A DNA stretch of 64,000 bases from NCBI GenBank assembly GCA_946478525.1, contig CAMLCH010000006.1, positions 22,210 to 86,209 on the forward strand. Reading direction: 5' to 3'. The position numbers and the translations under genes are program-made. Shown piece after piece: positions 31,032 through 41,488 of the stretch (the first letter of the stretch is position 1; every line of letters begins with the position of its first letter). Under the pieces are notes generated by a model that was not told where the DNA came from, searched no databases, and saw only the letters and a program-made list of their open reading frames with translations. The stretch comes from Snodgrassella alvi. GTDB lineage: Bacteria > Pseudomonadota > Gammaproteobacteria > Burkholderiales > Neisseriaceae.

Positions 31032-31658
31032 ATGTTGACAAAGAGTAAAGTAGTGACGCGTCGCCAGTTACTCATAACTGGCAGTGCTGCCATTATTGGC
31101 ATGATGGTAATACCTAAGCCTGCATTAGCCGGGGCACAACGGGAAGAAACATTGGCAGATGATGTTGCCTCAGTAATGCGTAATTCTGTCAATAGTGTTA
31201 ACCCGGCTCGCTTACTCTTTAAGTCACAGGCTGAGGCTAATCGCTGGTTACAGGCTATGTCTGCAAGAATGGAGCGCTATGTCCCTGATGCTTACGGACG
31301 CACACGTCTGTTAACCAATATTCAATACGAGACCATGCGAGCTGGTCTGGATACGCAGCTTATTCTTGGCCTGATAGAAGTTGAAAGTCGTTTTCGTCAA
31401 TATGCTATTTCCAATGTTGGTGCGCGAGGCTTAATGCAGGTTATGCCATTCTGGGTCAGACAAATTGGACGGGCTGAACATAACTTATTTGATGTGCGTA
31501 CTAATTTACGTTATGGCTGTACTATCTTACGCCATTACCGTAATCGAGAGAATGGTAATATGGTTCGTGCATTGGCGCGTTATAATGGTAGTCTGGGACG
31601 TACTACCTATTCTGATGCTGTTATTGGCGCTTGGCAAAAGCACTGGCAATGGACATAA
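31032..31658 (+). CDS. Lytic transglycosylase (SLT domain) with a twin-arginine signal peptide
   Basis: Tat motif TRRQLLITGSAAIIG ... ALA, catalytic region LIEVESRF, and the GLMQVMP motif. Confidence 0.8.
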   Translation: MLTKSKVVTRRQLLITGSAAIIGMMVIPKPALAGAQREETLADDVASVMRNSVNSVNPARLLFKSQAEANRWLQAMSARMERYVPDAYGRTRLLTNIQYETMRAGLDTQLILGLIEVESRFRQYAISNVGARGLMQVMPFWVRQIGRAEHNLFDVRTNLRYGCTILRHYRNRENGNMVRALARYNGSLGRTTYSDAVIGAWQKHWQWT

Positions 31659-31736
31659 TCAGTATTATTTAGTGAAATATAAGTTTTTAACAAGGCTTGC
31701 TTAATCTGGCAGCCTGAATCCATATAGGAAACCACC

Positions 31737-32249
31737 ATGTCTGTTAATAAAGTCATTTTGGTTGGTCGTCTGGGTCGTGACCCCGAAACACGATATATGC
31801 CCAGTGGCGATGCAGTAACCAATTTTTCTATTGCTACTGATGAGCAATGGCGTGATCGTAACGGAGAGCGCCAAACGCGTACGGAATGGCATAACATTAC
31901 CCTTTTCGGTAAATTAGGTGAAATTGCCAGTCAATACCTGCGTAAAGGTAGCCAGGTATTTATTGAAGGTCGTATTCAAAGTCGTAAATACAATGGTAAA
32001 GACGGAATTGAACGTATAGCATACGATATCATTGGCAGTGAAATGAAAATGCTGGGTAGCCGCAATGATAGCGGCAGTACCGGTTACGATCAAATGAGCG
32101 GAGGAGGTGATTACGCTCCGAGCACAAATACCAATCAGGGAAATTATGATACCGCCAGTGCACCACCGGCTGCTCCACGCCGTCAAGCTCCGCGTCCAAC
32201 GCCCGCAGCAGCACCGGTTGATGATATTGATGATGATATTCCGTTTTGA
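31737..32249 (+). CDS. ssb: Single-stranded DNA-binding protein
   Basis: OB-fold N-terminus ([22 protein letters not shown]), a Gly/Pro/Gln-rich linker, and an acidic tip DDIDDDIPF. Confidence 0.95.
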   Translation: MSVNKVILVGRLGRDPETRYMPSGDAVTNFSIATDEQWRDRNGERQTRTEWHNITLFGKLGEIASQYLRKGSQVFIEGRIQSRKYNGKDGIERIAYDIIGSEMKMLGSRNDSGSTGYDQMSGGGDYAPSTNTNQGNYDTASAPPAAPRRQAPRPTPAAAPVDDIDDDIPF

Positions 32250-32285
32250 GTGAGAAAGATCAAATTGATCAAAACCAGAAATATT

Positions 32286-32322
32286 AAACCCTTTAAATAT
32301 TAAAATATTTAAAGGGTTTTTG
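32286..32322 (+). terminator. Rho-independent terminator after ssb
   Basis: 15-bp AT-rich stem aaaccctttaaatat / atatttaaagggttt with loop taaa, then tt. Confidence 0.7.
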
Positions 32323-32391
32323 TATAATTCAAGTAATGTAGTTGTAATATTATAAATATACAAATTTTATTACCATGGAAAGAAAACAACT

Positions 32392-32823
32392 ATGAAAAAA
32401 ATCCTTTTTTTATTATTGCTTCCAATTACCTGTTTTGCACAAAATGAAATAAGTATTTTGGGGGAAATAGGTACTCGGAGAATTAGTTCAGTCATAAATC
32501 ACGGAGCTGGTTCATATTGGATAAATAGAGATCTAAAACAGGATTCAGATCGTTATGGTAGTTATTTAAATCTTAATGCTGATGGTACTTTCACTTCATG
32601 GAACTTTATGCCATGTGATAACGATTGTTTTTATTGTTCGCACGGTACCTTTAAAAAAGTTGATGAAACACATGTACGATTACAAATCAATTCATATTCA
32701 TATTCACAATCGGAACCTTGCCCAAGTGGAGGAATAACAGATACAAAACCACGAGATTTGGGTATTTTTGAAATTAAATCCTCTGAAGATGGTTATGAAT
32801 TAATAAAAGTAAATAATAAATAG
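32392..32823 (+). CDS. Small secreted Cys-containing hypothetical protein (143 aa)
   Basis: Signal peptide MKKILFLLLLPITCFA/QNE and a mature part with a CDNDCFYC cluster. It lies in AT-rich DNA. I recognise no family. Confidence 0.55.
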   Translation: MKKILFLLLLPITCFAQNEISILGEIGTRRISSVINHGAGSYWINRDLKQDSDRYGSYLNLNADGTFTSWNFMPCDNDCFYCSHGTFKKVDETHVRLQINSYSYSQSEPCPSGGITDTKPRDLGIFEIKSSEDGYELIKVNNK

Positions 32824-33116
32824 AAAATATATTCAAAAACAATAATTTATTTACCATTATTATGAATGGTTCTGCTGCTTTTGGGTTAGGAGATATTAAG
32901 CCAGAAGTGGCTCTTCCAGTCATGAGATGATATTTCTTTTCTACAAATTCCTTCACAATTGCAAATGATCGAAATCTGCAAAATTTTTGTGGATTTCGAC
33001 CACTGTCCTTTAAAACTACGTTAATTCAGGATCTGTCGGAATAATCCAAGTTGGGTTGATTTAGCCGTATAAGTAATAGTAATGCGTTTAGATATGGGCA
33101 GTATCAATTGTTGTCG

Positions 33117-33605
33117 TCACTTGGGAACAGGTGTAAGTTGATATTTACTTTTACCCGTTAAAAGTTGGTTAAATTTATCTAAAAACTCTGCTACATCTTC
33201 ATCTTTACGCTCTGGAATGTCCAAATTAAAAAAATTAGAGTCGATTTTATTAGCACGAAAATAAATTTTATACCCCGATCGATCAAACTCTGACACATCA
33301 TACATTTTTTCTGCTAAAAATATTTTTGGGATTGAATCAAAAAAATCATTAATACCAGTGTACATACTAATTGCTTCAACGTCTTCGCACCGAGTAACAT
33401 TATTTTTTTTAGCACAAATTTTCTTGTATTTAGTAATATATTTAGGTGTAATCCTAAAAAGTAATATTGAGTTAGGCTCTTCAGGTATTGATTGATAGAT
33501 ATTAAATTCAGCATAATCAGGATGGAGATAGATTATTTTTGCATCAGCAATAAAACCTATATTTAAAAGAAAAAATAACCAACTCCAAAAAAATTTTATT
33601 TTCAT
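33117..33605 (-). CDS. Small secreted hypothetical protein (162 aa)
   Basis: Signal peptide MKIKFFWSWLFFLLNIGFIADA, located in AT-rich DNA. A degraded paralog of its 3' end lies at 34402-34575. Confidence 0.55.
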   Translation of the reverse strand: MKIKFFWSWLFFLLNIGFIADAKIIYLHPDYAEFNIYQSIPEEPNSILLFRITPKYITKYKKICAKKNNVTRCEDVEAISMYTGINDFFDSIPKIFLAEKMYDVSEFDRSGYKIYFRANKIDSNFFNLDIPERKDEDVAEFLDKFNQLLTGKSKYQLTPVPK

Positions 33606-34401
33606 TATCGCTCCTTAATCTATTAATTCAATTTCAGGATTTTGTAGCTTATAGTCGCTTATGTCTCCATCATACATTCGCTAATCTATTTTATCCAGAA
33701 ATATATTTGTTTTACATCATAATAGCTCTGAATAGGATAAGTATTCAATATGATATTACATTGGGCATCAGCAAAATAACTTTCTATTTTGTATGCCACA
33801 AAATTATTATGTTATCTGGGATCAATAAAATCCAATCCGGATAAAAATAGAGTTGGGAGAGTGTTAATGAAGTTGTATTTATCTTGGTACTGAAATTTTC
33901 ACTTTGTGCCCAAGAATGAAATTTGCCATGCTTTAAAGAGCAGCTTTTGACATGATATCTTGTTACCAAAACAGCAGTCATTGTATAAAACAGCATTGTC
34001 AGAAAAAAACAATTAATTCATATATTTTATGACAAAGAGCATTAACGAAACAAATTTTTAATTTTTGTACTACTAGTTTAAGGTGGAGGAATATAGCTTG
34101 ATTTTCTTAAAAAGGTTTCTGGAACAAATTTAAAAATATCATCAAGATCCTAGATATGGTTCTTAAGGACGATCCAAAATCAATTTATACTAAAGTCAGT
34201 ACAAATTGTGTGTGTAAGAATGATTGAGTTGGCAGATATTTTATCGATAATGAGCGTTCGGATAAAACTTAATGACCATATTTACGATCCTCAATAGTGA
34301 TGAAATATTCTGATGACTTGGTATTTAAGCCTTTGTCGTAAAGCTCAATAATAGTCATATCAAAAACAGTAAAATAGGTTTTAATGTTTATGTTATTTGC
34401 T

Positions 34402-34575
34402 TTATTTTTCCATTATTAAAGGTTTAAATTGATATTTACTTTTACCTTTATCTGTTAAAAGCTGGTTAATTTTATCTAAAAAGTGCGCTACATCTTTATC
34501 TTTACGATCTGGAATGTTTGAACAAAACCAATGACAATTGTTCAGAAAATTAGCGCAAAAATGCACTATATAGCT
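34402..34575 (-). pseudogene. Truncated paralog (C-terminal ~57 codons) of the 33117-33605 gene
   Basis: My minus-strand translation is SYIVHFCANFLNNCHWFCSNIPDRKDKDVAHFLDKINQLLTDKGKSKYQFKPLIMEK*. The intact gene has GYKIYFRANKIDSNFFNLDIPERKDEDVAEFLDKFNQLLTGKSKYQLTPVPK*. Clear nucleotide similarity runs about 34421-34518 versus 33130-33220. An in-frame stop lies immediately upstream. Confidence 0.7.
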
Positions 34576-35184
34576 TTAAATATCATGTATTTTTTATGAA
34601 ATTTGCATATAATTAAAACAATTGATGATTAAAAATAGATTTTAAAATAAAGTATTTTTATATCAGATTAAATGGTCTACTGAGTCCCATTGATGCTGTT
34701 ATTTTTTACCAAACAATTAAATTTCCATTTTTTACCACTAGACCATATTATTTCTCTGATTGTATTGTTTCTGCTATTAATTTCTTTTTCTGTAAATATA
34801 TTTTAAACTAATTCTGAATTCAGTAATGAAGTCATCTGCTTTCTCAATAAACATTTATGTCAGTAATGCTATTCCAGAAACTGGGTGAATTCAATAAAAC
34901 CATATGAAATAATTAAATATTCAGATTAAATATATCTTTGAAAAATAGAGATTTCTAAAACATGTATGTTGTCTATCGAAGCTGGCTAAAAACTCAGTCT
35001 ATTCATAAATCAGGCTTTGGTTTGCCCAGTTAATCTAAGTAATGAGAATAAAAGCTAATAATGAAAAATCAAAAAATTTGGGTTAATTTCAAGTTAGATT
35101 AAATTGGCTGATTATTCTATAAAATAGTCGTTTTAAACGTTGCTATTTTATACCGGTCTGCTAAAATAACACATATGGAACTGC

Positions 35185-35218
35185 GCAAGCCGCCAAACAC
35201 TGGTCGGCTTGCTTTTTG
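35185..35218 (+). terminator. Intrinsic-terminator-like hairpin in the greA leader
   Basis: Stem gcaagccg / cggcttgc (35185-35192 and 35205-35212) followed by ttttt, about 55 nt upstream of the greA ATG. Confidence 0.5.
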
Positions 35219-35272
35219 TTTTAATGCGAAATACCGTTGTTGCACTGAACGGCGGTATCTTGGAGAAATACG

Positions 35273-35749
35273 ATGCAAAAAATTCCGTTGACCGTGATTG
35301 GTGCCGATTTGCTAAAACAGGAGCTGCAACAACTCAAAAGCGTGGCTCGTCCTGCTGTAATTGAAGCAATTGCTGAAGCACGTTCGCATGGCGATCTGTC
35401 GGAAAATGCAGAATATGAAGCAGCTAAAGAAAAACAGGGCTTTATTGAGGGCCGTATTGCTGAAATTGAGCATAAACTTTCACTGGCACACATTATTGAT
35501 CCAAAAGAAACTAATGCTGATGGTAAGGTAGTTTTTGGGGCTACTGTGAAAATGCAGGATCTGGAGACAGAAGAAGTGGTTAGTTACCAGATTGTTGGTG
35601 AAGATGAAGCGGATATTAAACAAGCAAAAATCTTTGTTGGTTCGCCCATCGCACGCGCATTGATTGGTAAAGAAGAAGGTGATGTAGCTGAAGTGCAAGC
35701 ACCAGGTGGGGTGCGCGAATATGAAATTCTTGAAGTGTTTTATATTTAA
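35273..35749 (+). CDS. greA: Transcription elongation factor GreA
   Basis: [22 protein letters not shown] ... [14 protein letters not shown] is the classic GreA coiled-coil with its acidic tip. Length is 158 aa. Confidence 0.95.
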   Translation: MQKIPLTVIGADLLKQELQQLKSVARPAVIEAIAEARSHGDLSENAEYEAAKEKQGFIEGRIAEIEHKLSLAHIIDPKETNADGKVVFGATVKMQDLETEEVVSYQIVGEDEADIKQAKIFVGSPIARALIGKEEGDVAEVQAPGGVREYEILEVFYI

Positions 35750-35810
35750 ACTGTCTACTTATAAAAAATGTTTACTGTTTTGCACTAATTTAGTCGGATG
35801 AAAATACGCA

Positions 35811-35840
35811 AGCGATTCATGAAATGAATCGCTTTTATTT
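35811..35840 (+). terminator. Hairpin terminator after greA
   Basis: Stem agcgattcat / atgaatcgct with loop gaa, followed by tttatttatt. It abuts the yhbY stop codon. Confidence 0.6.
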
Positions 35841-36129
35841 ATTCTGCCGGGTCCGCTTTGCGGCGGAATAATACCAGTTGTTTGCCAATATGCTGAATTA
35901 ATTCGGCATGAGTAGCTTTACATAATTCTTCTGCAATGGCTATACGCGCTGCACGATCGTCACCTGCTACCTGTACTTTAATCAGTTCATGTGCATCAAG
36001 ATTACGATTGGTTTCGGTGATGACTTCACTAGTCAGCCCGTGCTGACCAATCAATACTACTGCATGTAATTGATGTGCACGAGCTTTTAATGCCATTTTT
36101 TCTTTACTGTTTAATTTATCTGTTGCCAT
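35839..36129 (-). CDS. yhbY: Ribosome assembly RNA-binding protein YhbY (CRM domain)
   Basis: About 96 aa with LKARAHQLHAVVLIGQHGLT ... ELIKVQV. It is divergent from rlmE-ftsH, as in many proteobacteria. Confidence 0.85.
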   Translation of the reverse strand: MATDKLNSKEKMALKARAHQLHAVVLIGQHGLTSEVITETNRNLDAHELIKVQVAGDDRAARIAIAEELCKATHAELIQHIGKQLVLFRRKADPAE

Positions 36130-36425
36130 TTTACTTTCCGGATTGATTACGACCTGATTAGCTTGTTATTCAAGTTAGATTTAGAGTTAAGCTATTTTAA
36201 ATGAGACCGACGATTTTTTATAGTTGAGAGTGTCTGTTTATCTGAATTAAAAATAAAATTGAAAATCAGCATATTAATAAGGTATTTCTTATTTTAATTA
36301 AATTATAATTTATAAAACAATCAGGTATATTTAAATTTTGTGATATTTGTATATTATTGGTAATATTTATTCCATTTTAATTAGTTAGCAAAAATTAATA
36401 TCTTTTCCGTTAAGTCATTATAATT

Positions 36426-37009
36426 ATGAAATTTTCGCAGATTTTGTGCCTTGGTATACTAAGGGTTCTGGATACCTTTATTTTCAGATTAGTTGCAGGG
36501 CTTGGGTTGTGCGTGGTTTGTCTGCCTTTAGTGTCGCATATGTATGCTAGAAGTAGCATCAAAAACCAATCTCATTATTCTTTTCAAGTTGCGTATTTCG
36601 GTTTAATGGTACTTTTACTCAGGTAAATTATAGTACTAATAAAGATTTCAAACCGGAAAATACGTCATTTCTGGCCAAATTTCCCAGTGGGCAGGATAAA
36701 TCATCAGATGGTAATTATTCCTTCAGTTATAAGGTACTTAAAGAGGAGCCACAGCTTCAATTGATTGAGATTGAAACTATTGACCTGGATGATGATAGAA
36801 ATACATGGGCAACATATGTTGCTACGGCCGATACTATTATGCCATTGAGTACCAGAATTGAAACTCCCGGTTATCTGCTGCTGAGCGCTCTTATAGCTTT
36901 TATTCTGGTGCAGCTAATGAAACAATTTATCAGATATTTGCGCTGGAGTATTATTATGCCAATCTATTCAGATACACAAAATGATTACACAAAAAAAGAT
37001 ATGGAATAA
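36426..37009 (+). pseudogene. Possible frameshifted membrane-protein gene (two overlapping ORFs at 36426-36626 and 36557-37009)
   Basis: The frame of ORF 36761-37009 stays open back to 36557 with no ATG, and it overlaps the end of ORF 36426-36626. Both parts contain hydrophobic helices. The DNA is AT-rich. Confidence 0.3.
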
Positions 37010-37158
37010 AACCTAAGCAGCATGTTTGATTAATTGCTGAATTTAGTTTATGAATAAAACTATTTATGCTGATGAATTTATCTTTTATATAAGGGTAAAT
37101 GCTGTATTCTGTCGCAATTTCACGCTACAATAGGGCGGGTTTTTCAAGAATTTGCGTC

Positions 37159-37779
37159 ATGGGTGTTCGTTCTAAATCTTCCAGTGCTTGGCTCAACGAG
37201 CATGTTAACGATCATTATGTTCATTTAGCACAGAAAGAAGGCTACCGCGCACGTGCGGCTTACAAGTTGCTGGAAATTAATGATAAAGATCATTTAATTA
37301 AGCCTGGATCAGTGGTGGCTGATTTAGGCAGTGCCCCAGGTAGCTGGTCGCAGGTTGCTGCTAAGCTGGCAGGTTTTCAAGGACAGGTATTTGCTTTGGA
37401 TATTTTGCCCATGGAGCCGATAGAAGGGGTCAAGTTTATTCAGGGGGACTTTCGCGAAAATGAAGTGCTGGTTCAATTTGAACGATTACTAGCTGAATGC
37501 GAATTAGATCTTGTAATTTGCGACATGGCACCCAATATGTCAGGAAATAATATAACTGATCAGGCCAGAAGTTTTTATCTTGCTGAGCTTGGTTTGGAGT
37601 TTGCTCAAGCACATTTGAAACGCGGTGGTGACTTTTTGGTCAAAATATTTCAGGGCGTTGGTCAAATTGAGTTTCAACAGGCAATGAAGGATAATTTTGC
37701 TCAAGTGCTTGTCCGTAAACCTAAAGCTTCTCGAGACCGATCTAATGAAATTTATTTATTGGGTCGTGGAAGGAAGTAA
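37159..37779 (+). CDS. rlmE: 23S rRNA (uridine2552-2'-O)-methyltransferase RlmE (FtsJ)
   Basis: SSSAWLNEHVNDHYV ... YRARAAYKLLEI ... DLGSAPGSWSQV motifs. ATG 37159 matches the usual N-terminus. Confidence 0.9.
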   Translation: MGVRSKSSSAWLNEHVNDHYVHLAQKEGYRARAAYKLLEINDKDHLIKPGSVVADLGSAPGSWSQVAAKLAGFQGQVFALDILPMEPIEGVKFIQGDFRENEVLVQFERLLAECELDLVICDMAPNMSGNNITDQARSFYLAELGLEFAQAHLKRGGDFLVKIFQGVGQIEFQQAMKDNFAQVLVRKPKASRDRSNEIYLLGRGRK

Positions 37780-37857
37780 TGACAGATCAGTGTTGCTATG
37801 TGGTGTTGTACTGATTAACCAAGGTAAACAACAATTATTTAACCTCCTTAGGAGTTT

Positions 37858-39840
37858 GTGATAGTGCGGAATACCGTAAAAAATCTTTTGGGCTTGTTGG
37901 TGTTGGCTGTGTTTTGTATGGCCGCATTCAATGCAGTTAGTACTAAAAAAGATAACAAGCAAATTGAATATTCGCAGTTCATGCAGCAGGTAAACAAGGG
38001 TGAGATTACCAGTGTAAATGTTGAAGGTTCGCTGGTTAATGGCTTTCAGCTTGAAGGTAAGCGTAACGATAATTCTTCATTTATTGTGAATGCACCGACT
38101 CCACTTGAAGCTAATTTCATCAGTACCTTGCTGGCGAAAAATGTGCGTGTTAATGTCATTCCTGAAAAGAAACCCAGCTTTCTGAGTAATCTGCTCGTCA
38201 GTATGTTGCCGTTATTACTGGTGGTAGGTGTATTTGTTTATTTTATGCGCTCAATGCAAAGCGGTGGTAAAGGTGGAGCATTGTCTTTTGGCAAAAGTCG
38301 TGCTCGGTTGATGGATAAGGATAGCAATAAAATTACTTTTGCTGATGTAGCCGGTTGTGATGAAGCCAAAGAAGAAGTTCAGGAAATTGTAGAATATTTG
38401 CGTGCTCCGCAGCGTTATCAGTCTTTAGGCGGGCGTGTGCCACGCGGGATTTTAATGTGCGGTAATCCGGGTACTGGTAAAACATTGCTTGCTAAAGCGA
38501 TTGCCGGTGAAGCTCAAGTACCCTTTTTCAGTATTTCCGGTTCTGATTTTCTAGAAATGTTTGTCGGCGTGGGTGCTGCCCGCGTACGTGACATGTTTGA
38601 ACAAGCGCGGAAAAATGCTCCTTGTATCATTTTTATTGATGAGATTGATGCAGTAGGTCGCCAGCGCGGTGCTGGTCTTGGTGGTGGTAATGATGAGCGT
38701 GAACAGACTTTGAATCAGTTGCTGGTAGAAATGGACGGTTTTGAAAGCAATACTACGGTAATTGTCATTGCGGCTACAAACCGTCCTGATGTTTTGGATC
38801 CGGCATTAATGCGTCCGGGTCGTTTTGACCGGCAAGTGGTTGTACCATTACCAGATATCCGCGGTCGTGAACAAATTCTGAAAGTCCATGCAGAAAAAAT
38901 ACCTTTGGATAAATCAGTAGATTTACCTGTGCTGGCACGTGGTACCCCTGGATTCTCTGGTGCTGATCTGGCTAATCTGGTAAATGAAGCCGCTTTGTTT
39001 GCTGGTCGTCGCAATAAGTCCAAAGTTGATATGGGTGACTTTGAAGATGCGAAAGACAAGATTTATATGGGACCAGAACGTCGTTCTATGGTCATGCATG
39101 AAGATGAGAAAAAAGCCACGGCTTACCATGAATCTGGGCATGCAGTTATTGCTGAGACTTTAGAATTTACTGATCCAGTACATAAAGTCACCATTATGCC
39201 GCGTGGTCGTGCTTTAGGTTTAACTTGGCAGTTGCCGGAGCGTGATCGTATCAGTATGTATCAGGATCAGATGCTCAACCAGATTTCAATCCTGTTTGGC
39301 GGACGCATTGCAGAACAATTGTTTATTGGTCGGGTATCTACTGGTGCTTCAAATGACTTCGAACGGGCTACTCAGTTAGCCCGAGATATGGTGACTCGTT
39401 ATGGTATGTCGGAAAAGATGGGACCGATGGTATATGGCGAAAATGAGAGTGAAGTATTCTTAGGTCGCTCTGTCACCCAATCGAAAAATATTTCTGAAAA
39501 AACTATGCAGGAAGTTGACGCAGAAGTTCGACGTATTATTGATGAGCAATATGCGGTTGCTTACAAGATTTTGGATGAAAACCGCGATAAGATGCATACT
39601 ATGGCCAAAGCTCTGATTGAATGGGAAACTATTGAACGGGATCAGGTGTTAGAAATTATGGCGGGTAAGCAACCAAGTCCGCCAAAAGAGTATAATGACA
39701 ATATTATTCAGGAAAATGCCGCAGAAAACCCTACTGGTGAAACAGAGGCTGAGGCTACCTCAAATGAGTCTGAGCAAAAGGGTTCAGTAGAAACTGACAA
39801 AGAAGAAAAGTCTGTTGAACAAGAAAAAGTACCGGAATAA
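37858..39840 (+). CDS. ftsH: ATP-dependent zinc metalloprotease FtsH
   Basis: Two TM segments, Walker [14 protein letters not shown], the SRH region, and the zinc site HESGHAV. Confidence 0.95.
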   Translation: MIVRNTVKNLLGLLVLAVFCMAAFNAVSTKKDNKQIEYSQFMQQVNKGEITSVNVEGSLVNGFQLEGKRNDNSSFIVNAPTPLEANFISTLLAKNVRVNVIPEKKPSFLSNLLVSMLPLLLVVGVFVYFMRSMQSGGKGGALSFGKSRARLMDKDSNKITFADVAGCDEAKEEVQEIVEYLRAPQRYQSLGGRVPRGILMCGNPGTGKTLLAKAIAGEAQVPFFSISGSDFLEMFVGVGAARVRDMFEQARKNAPCIIFIDEIDAVGRQRGAGLGGGNDEREQTLNQLLVEMDGFESNTTVIVIAATNRPDVLDPALMRPGRFDRQVVVPLPDIRGREQILKVHAEKIPLDKSVDLPVLARGTPGFSGADLANLVNEAALFAGRRNKSKVDMGDFEDAKDKIYMGPERRSMVMHEDEKKATAYHESGHAVIAETLEFTDPVHKVTIMPRGRALGLTWQLPERDRISMYQDQMLNQISILFGGRIAEQLFIGRVSTGASNDFERATQLARDMVTRYGMSEKMGPMVYGENESEVFLGRSVTQSKNISEKTMQEVDAEVRRIIDEQYAVAYKILDENRDKMHTMAKALIEWETIERDQVLEIMAGKQPSPPKEYNDNIIQENAAENPTGETEAEATSNESEQKGSVETDKEEKSVEQEKVPE

Positions 39841-39853
39841 TGATTGATGAATA

Positions 39854-39880
39854 AACGGTAGCCAACAGGCTACCGTTTTG
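39854..39880 (+). terminator. Rho-independent terminator after ftsH
   Basis: Stem aacggtagcc / ggctaccgtt with loop aaca, then a ttttg tail. Confidence 0.7.
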
Positions 39881-40188
39881 TTATTTGGCCAACTGTTTTT
39901 TAAATTATTCTGTGGTAGCCAAAATTTATCCGGTTATCACGGTCAATAATGAATTAATTTTTATCGGCAGATAACAGCTTGCTGATTTAATAAAAATAAT
40001 ATGTAGTTTATTTAGATTTCAGCGGTTTACTAATCTTAACGTCATAATAACGAGTTAAACTAAGAATTGGGTCGTCAGTATGATCTCCGTGATAACTAAA
40101 AGTTATAAAAAATGGGTAGACAACTAAACAATTGATGACAAAAGACAAAAACAAAGTCCGAATTAAATGAAATTGATTGGTAGTTTAA

Positions 40189-41067
40189 ATGATGAATAAA
40201 AATATTGCTTCTGAACAGTTATTTTGGCAATGTGGTCGTTTTCAGTTGTCTTTGCAACAGCCTAAAATTATGGGGATTGTTAATCTGACGCCGGATTCAT
40301 TTTCTGATGGTGGGCATTACAATCATTCTATAGTTGCTGCACTGAAGCATGCTGAACAATTGCTTTCAGATGGAGCTGATATTCTTGATATTGGCGGAGA
40401 AAGCACTCGCCCAGGCTCGGCTTATGTCTCGGCACAGGACGAATGGCGGCGAATCGAACCAGTTCTGCGGGAACTGATAACATGGAATATACCAATAACG
40501 GTGGATACTCGTCGGGCATGGGTAATGCAACGCTTAATTGATCAGCAGTTAACGGATGGTATTAATGATATTCAGGCACTGGAAGATGAAGATGCAGTAA
40601 AGGTGCTGGCGAGTGTTGAAAAAATGGGCATTTGTCTGATGCATATGCAGGGACAGCCTGAAACGATGCATTTACATCCTATTTATGAAGATGTGGTATC
40701 GGAAGTAGGACAATATTTACAGCGACGAGTGGCTGTTTGTGAACAAGCTGGTATAGACCGACGGCGTATTACTATCGATCCGGGCTTTGGTTTTGGAAAG
40801 ACTCAACAGCACAATATCATGTTGATGCAGCACTTTCATGAGTGGCAAAGTCTGGCTGCCTGTCCAGCCTTGATTGGTATTTCACGTAAAAAGACTATTG
40901 GGACACTAACTAATGAAAAAGATCCAGAACAACGTGTTACAGGCAGTGTTGTAGCCGCAATAGCTGCAATAGCAAGAGGGGCCTCGATTGTGCGCGTACA
41001 TGATGTACGTGCAACAAAGCAAGGTCTACAGGTATGGGCAGCCATGGGCGGACAATTGTCAGTGTAA
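40189..41067 (+). CDS. folP: Dihydropteroate synthase
   Basis: IMGIVNLTPDSFSDGG and DIGGESTRPG motifs, plus the ftsH-folP-glmM synteny. Confidence 0.9.
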   Translation: MMNKNIASEQLFWQCGRFQLSLQQPKIMGIVNLTPDSFSDGGHYNHSIVAALKHAEQLLSDGADILDIGGESTRPGSAYVSAQDEWRRIEPVLRELITWNIPITVDTRRAWVMQRLIDQQLTDGINDIQALEDEDAVKVLASVEKMGICLMHMQGQPETMHLHPIYEDVVSEVGQYLQRRVAVCEQAGIDRRRITIDPGFGFGKTQQHNIMLMQHFHEWQSLAACPALIGISRKKTIGTLTNEKDPEQRVTGSVVAAIAAIARGASIVRVHDVRATKQGLQVWAAMGGQLSV

Positions 41068-41488
41068 TTAAGCTTATTGTATCGAACAGAAAATGTTTAA
41101 ATAATTGCATACACCAGTTATTTAGTCTTTTTGATTGTGGCAAATAGTTTACTGGTTTTGAGAAATATTAGATATTTACTTTTATTGATAGAACGTAGCT
41201 AAACAATAATGATAGGTTAAAGTGCTCTAATTAGTTATTGATAGTAATACAAGTATTAATTGTTATTATTTGTGCAGAATAGATATTTTTAATATTTAAC
41301 AGGCTTTTGTTCTTGTACAGGATAAAATACCCTGGTCAAAGCTGGTTTCAGCGTAGATTAATGAAGAGTTTAGGAATGTAAGGCCGATATAAAGTTCTTT
41401 GTAGTCAGATGCGGGTGTTTTATTTACTGACTTAAGGCGCTTAGCTGTTTTACAATGTTTACTTTGTCGCAACCAATTGGAGAGGATA

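Noticed and set aside
31914-32363. 149-aa ORF antisense to the ssb 3' half
   Set aside because: It overlaps the well-supported ssb gene and its terminator. The low-complexity translation is produced by the Gly/Pro-rich linker read backwards.
32774-32956. 60-aa minus-strand ORF overlapping the 3' end of the 143-aa secreted-protein gene
   Set aside because: It has a GTG start, no RBS, overlaps a better-supported ORF, and its hydrophobic tail comes from the reverse read of AT-rich sequence. I extended the frame upstream and it gave no recognisable domain.
35088-36181. 13-mer ttcaagttagatt flanking the greA-yhbY pair (35088-35100 and 36169-36181)
   Set aside because: It looked like possible target-site or att repeats. 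However, 13-mer matches at this distance are expected many times by chance in AT-rich sequence, and greA and yhbY are core genes.
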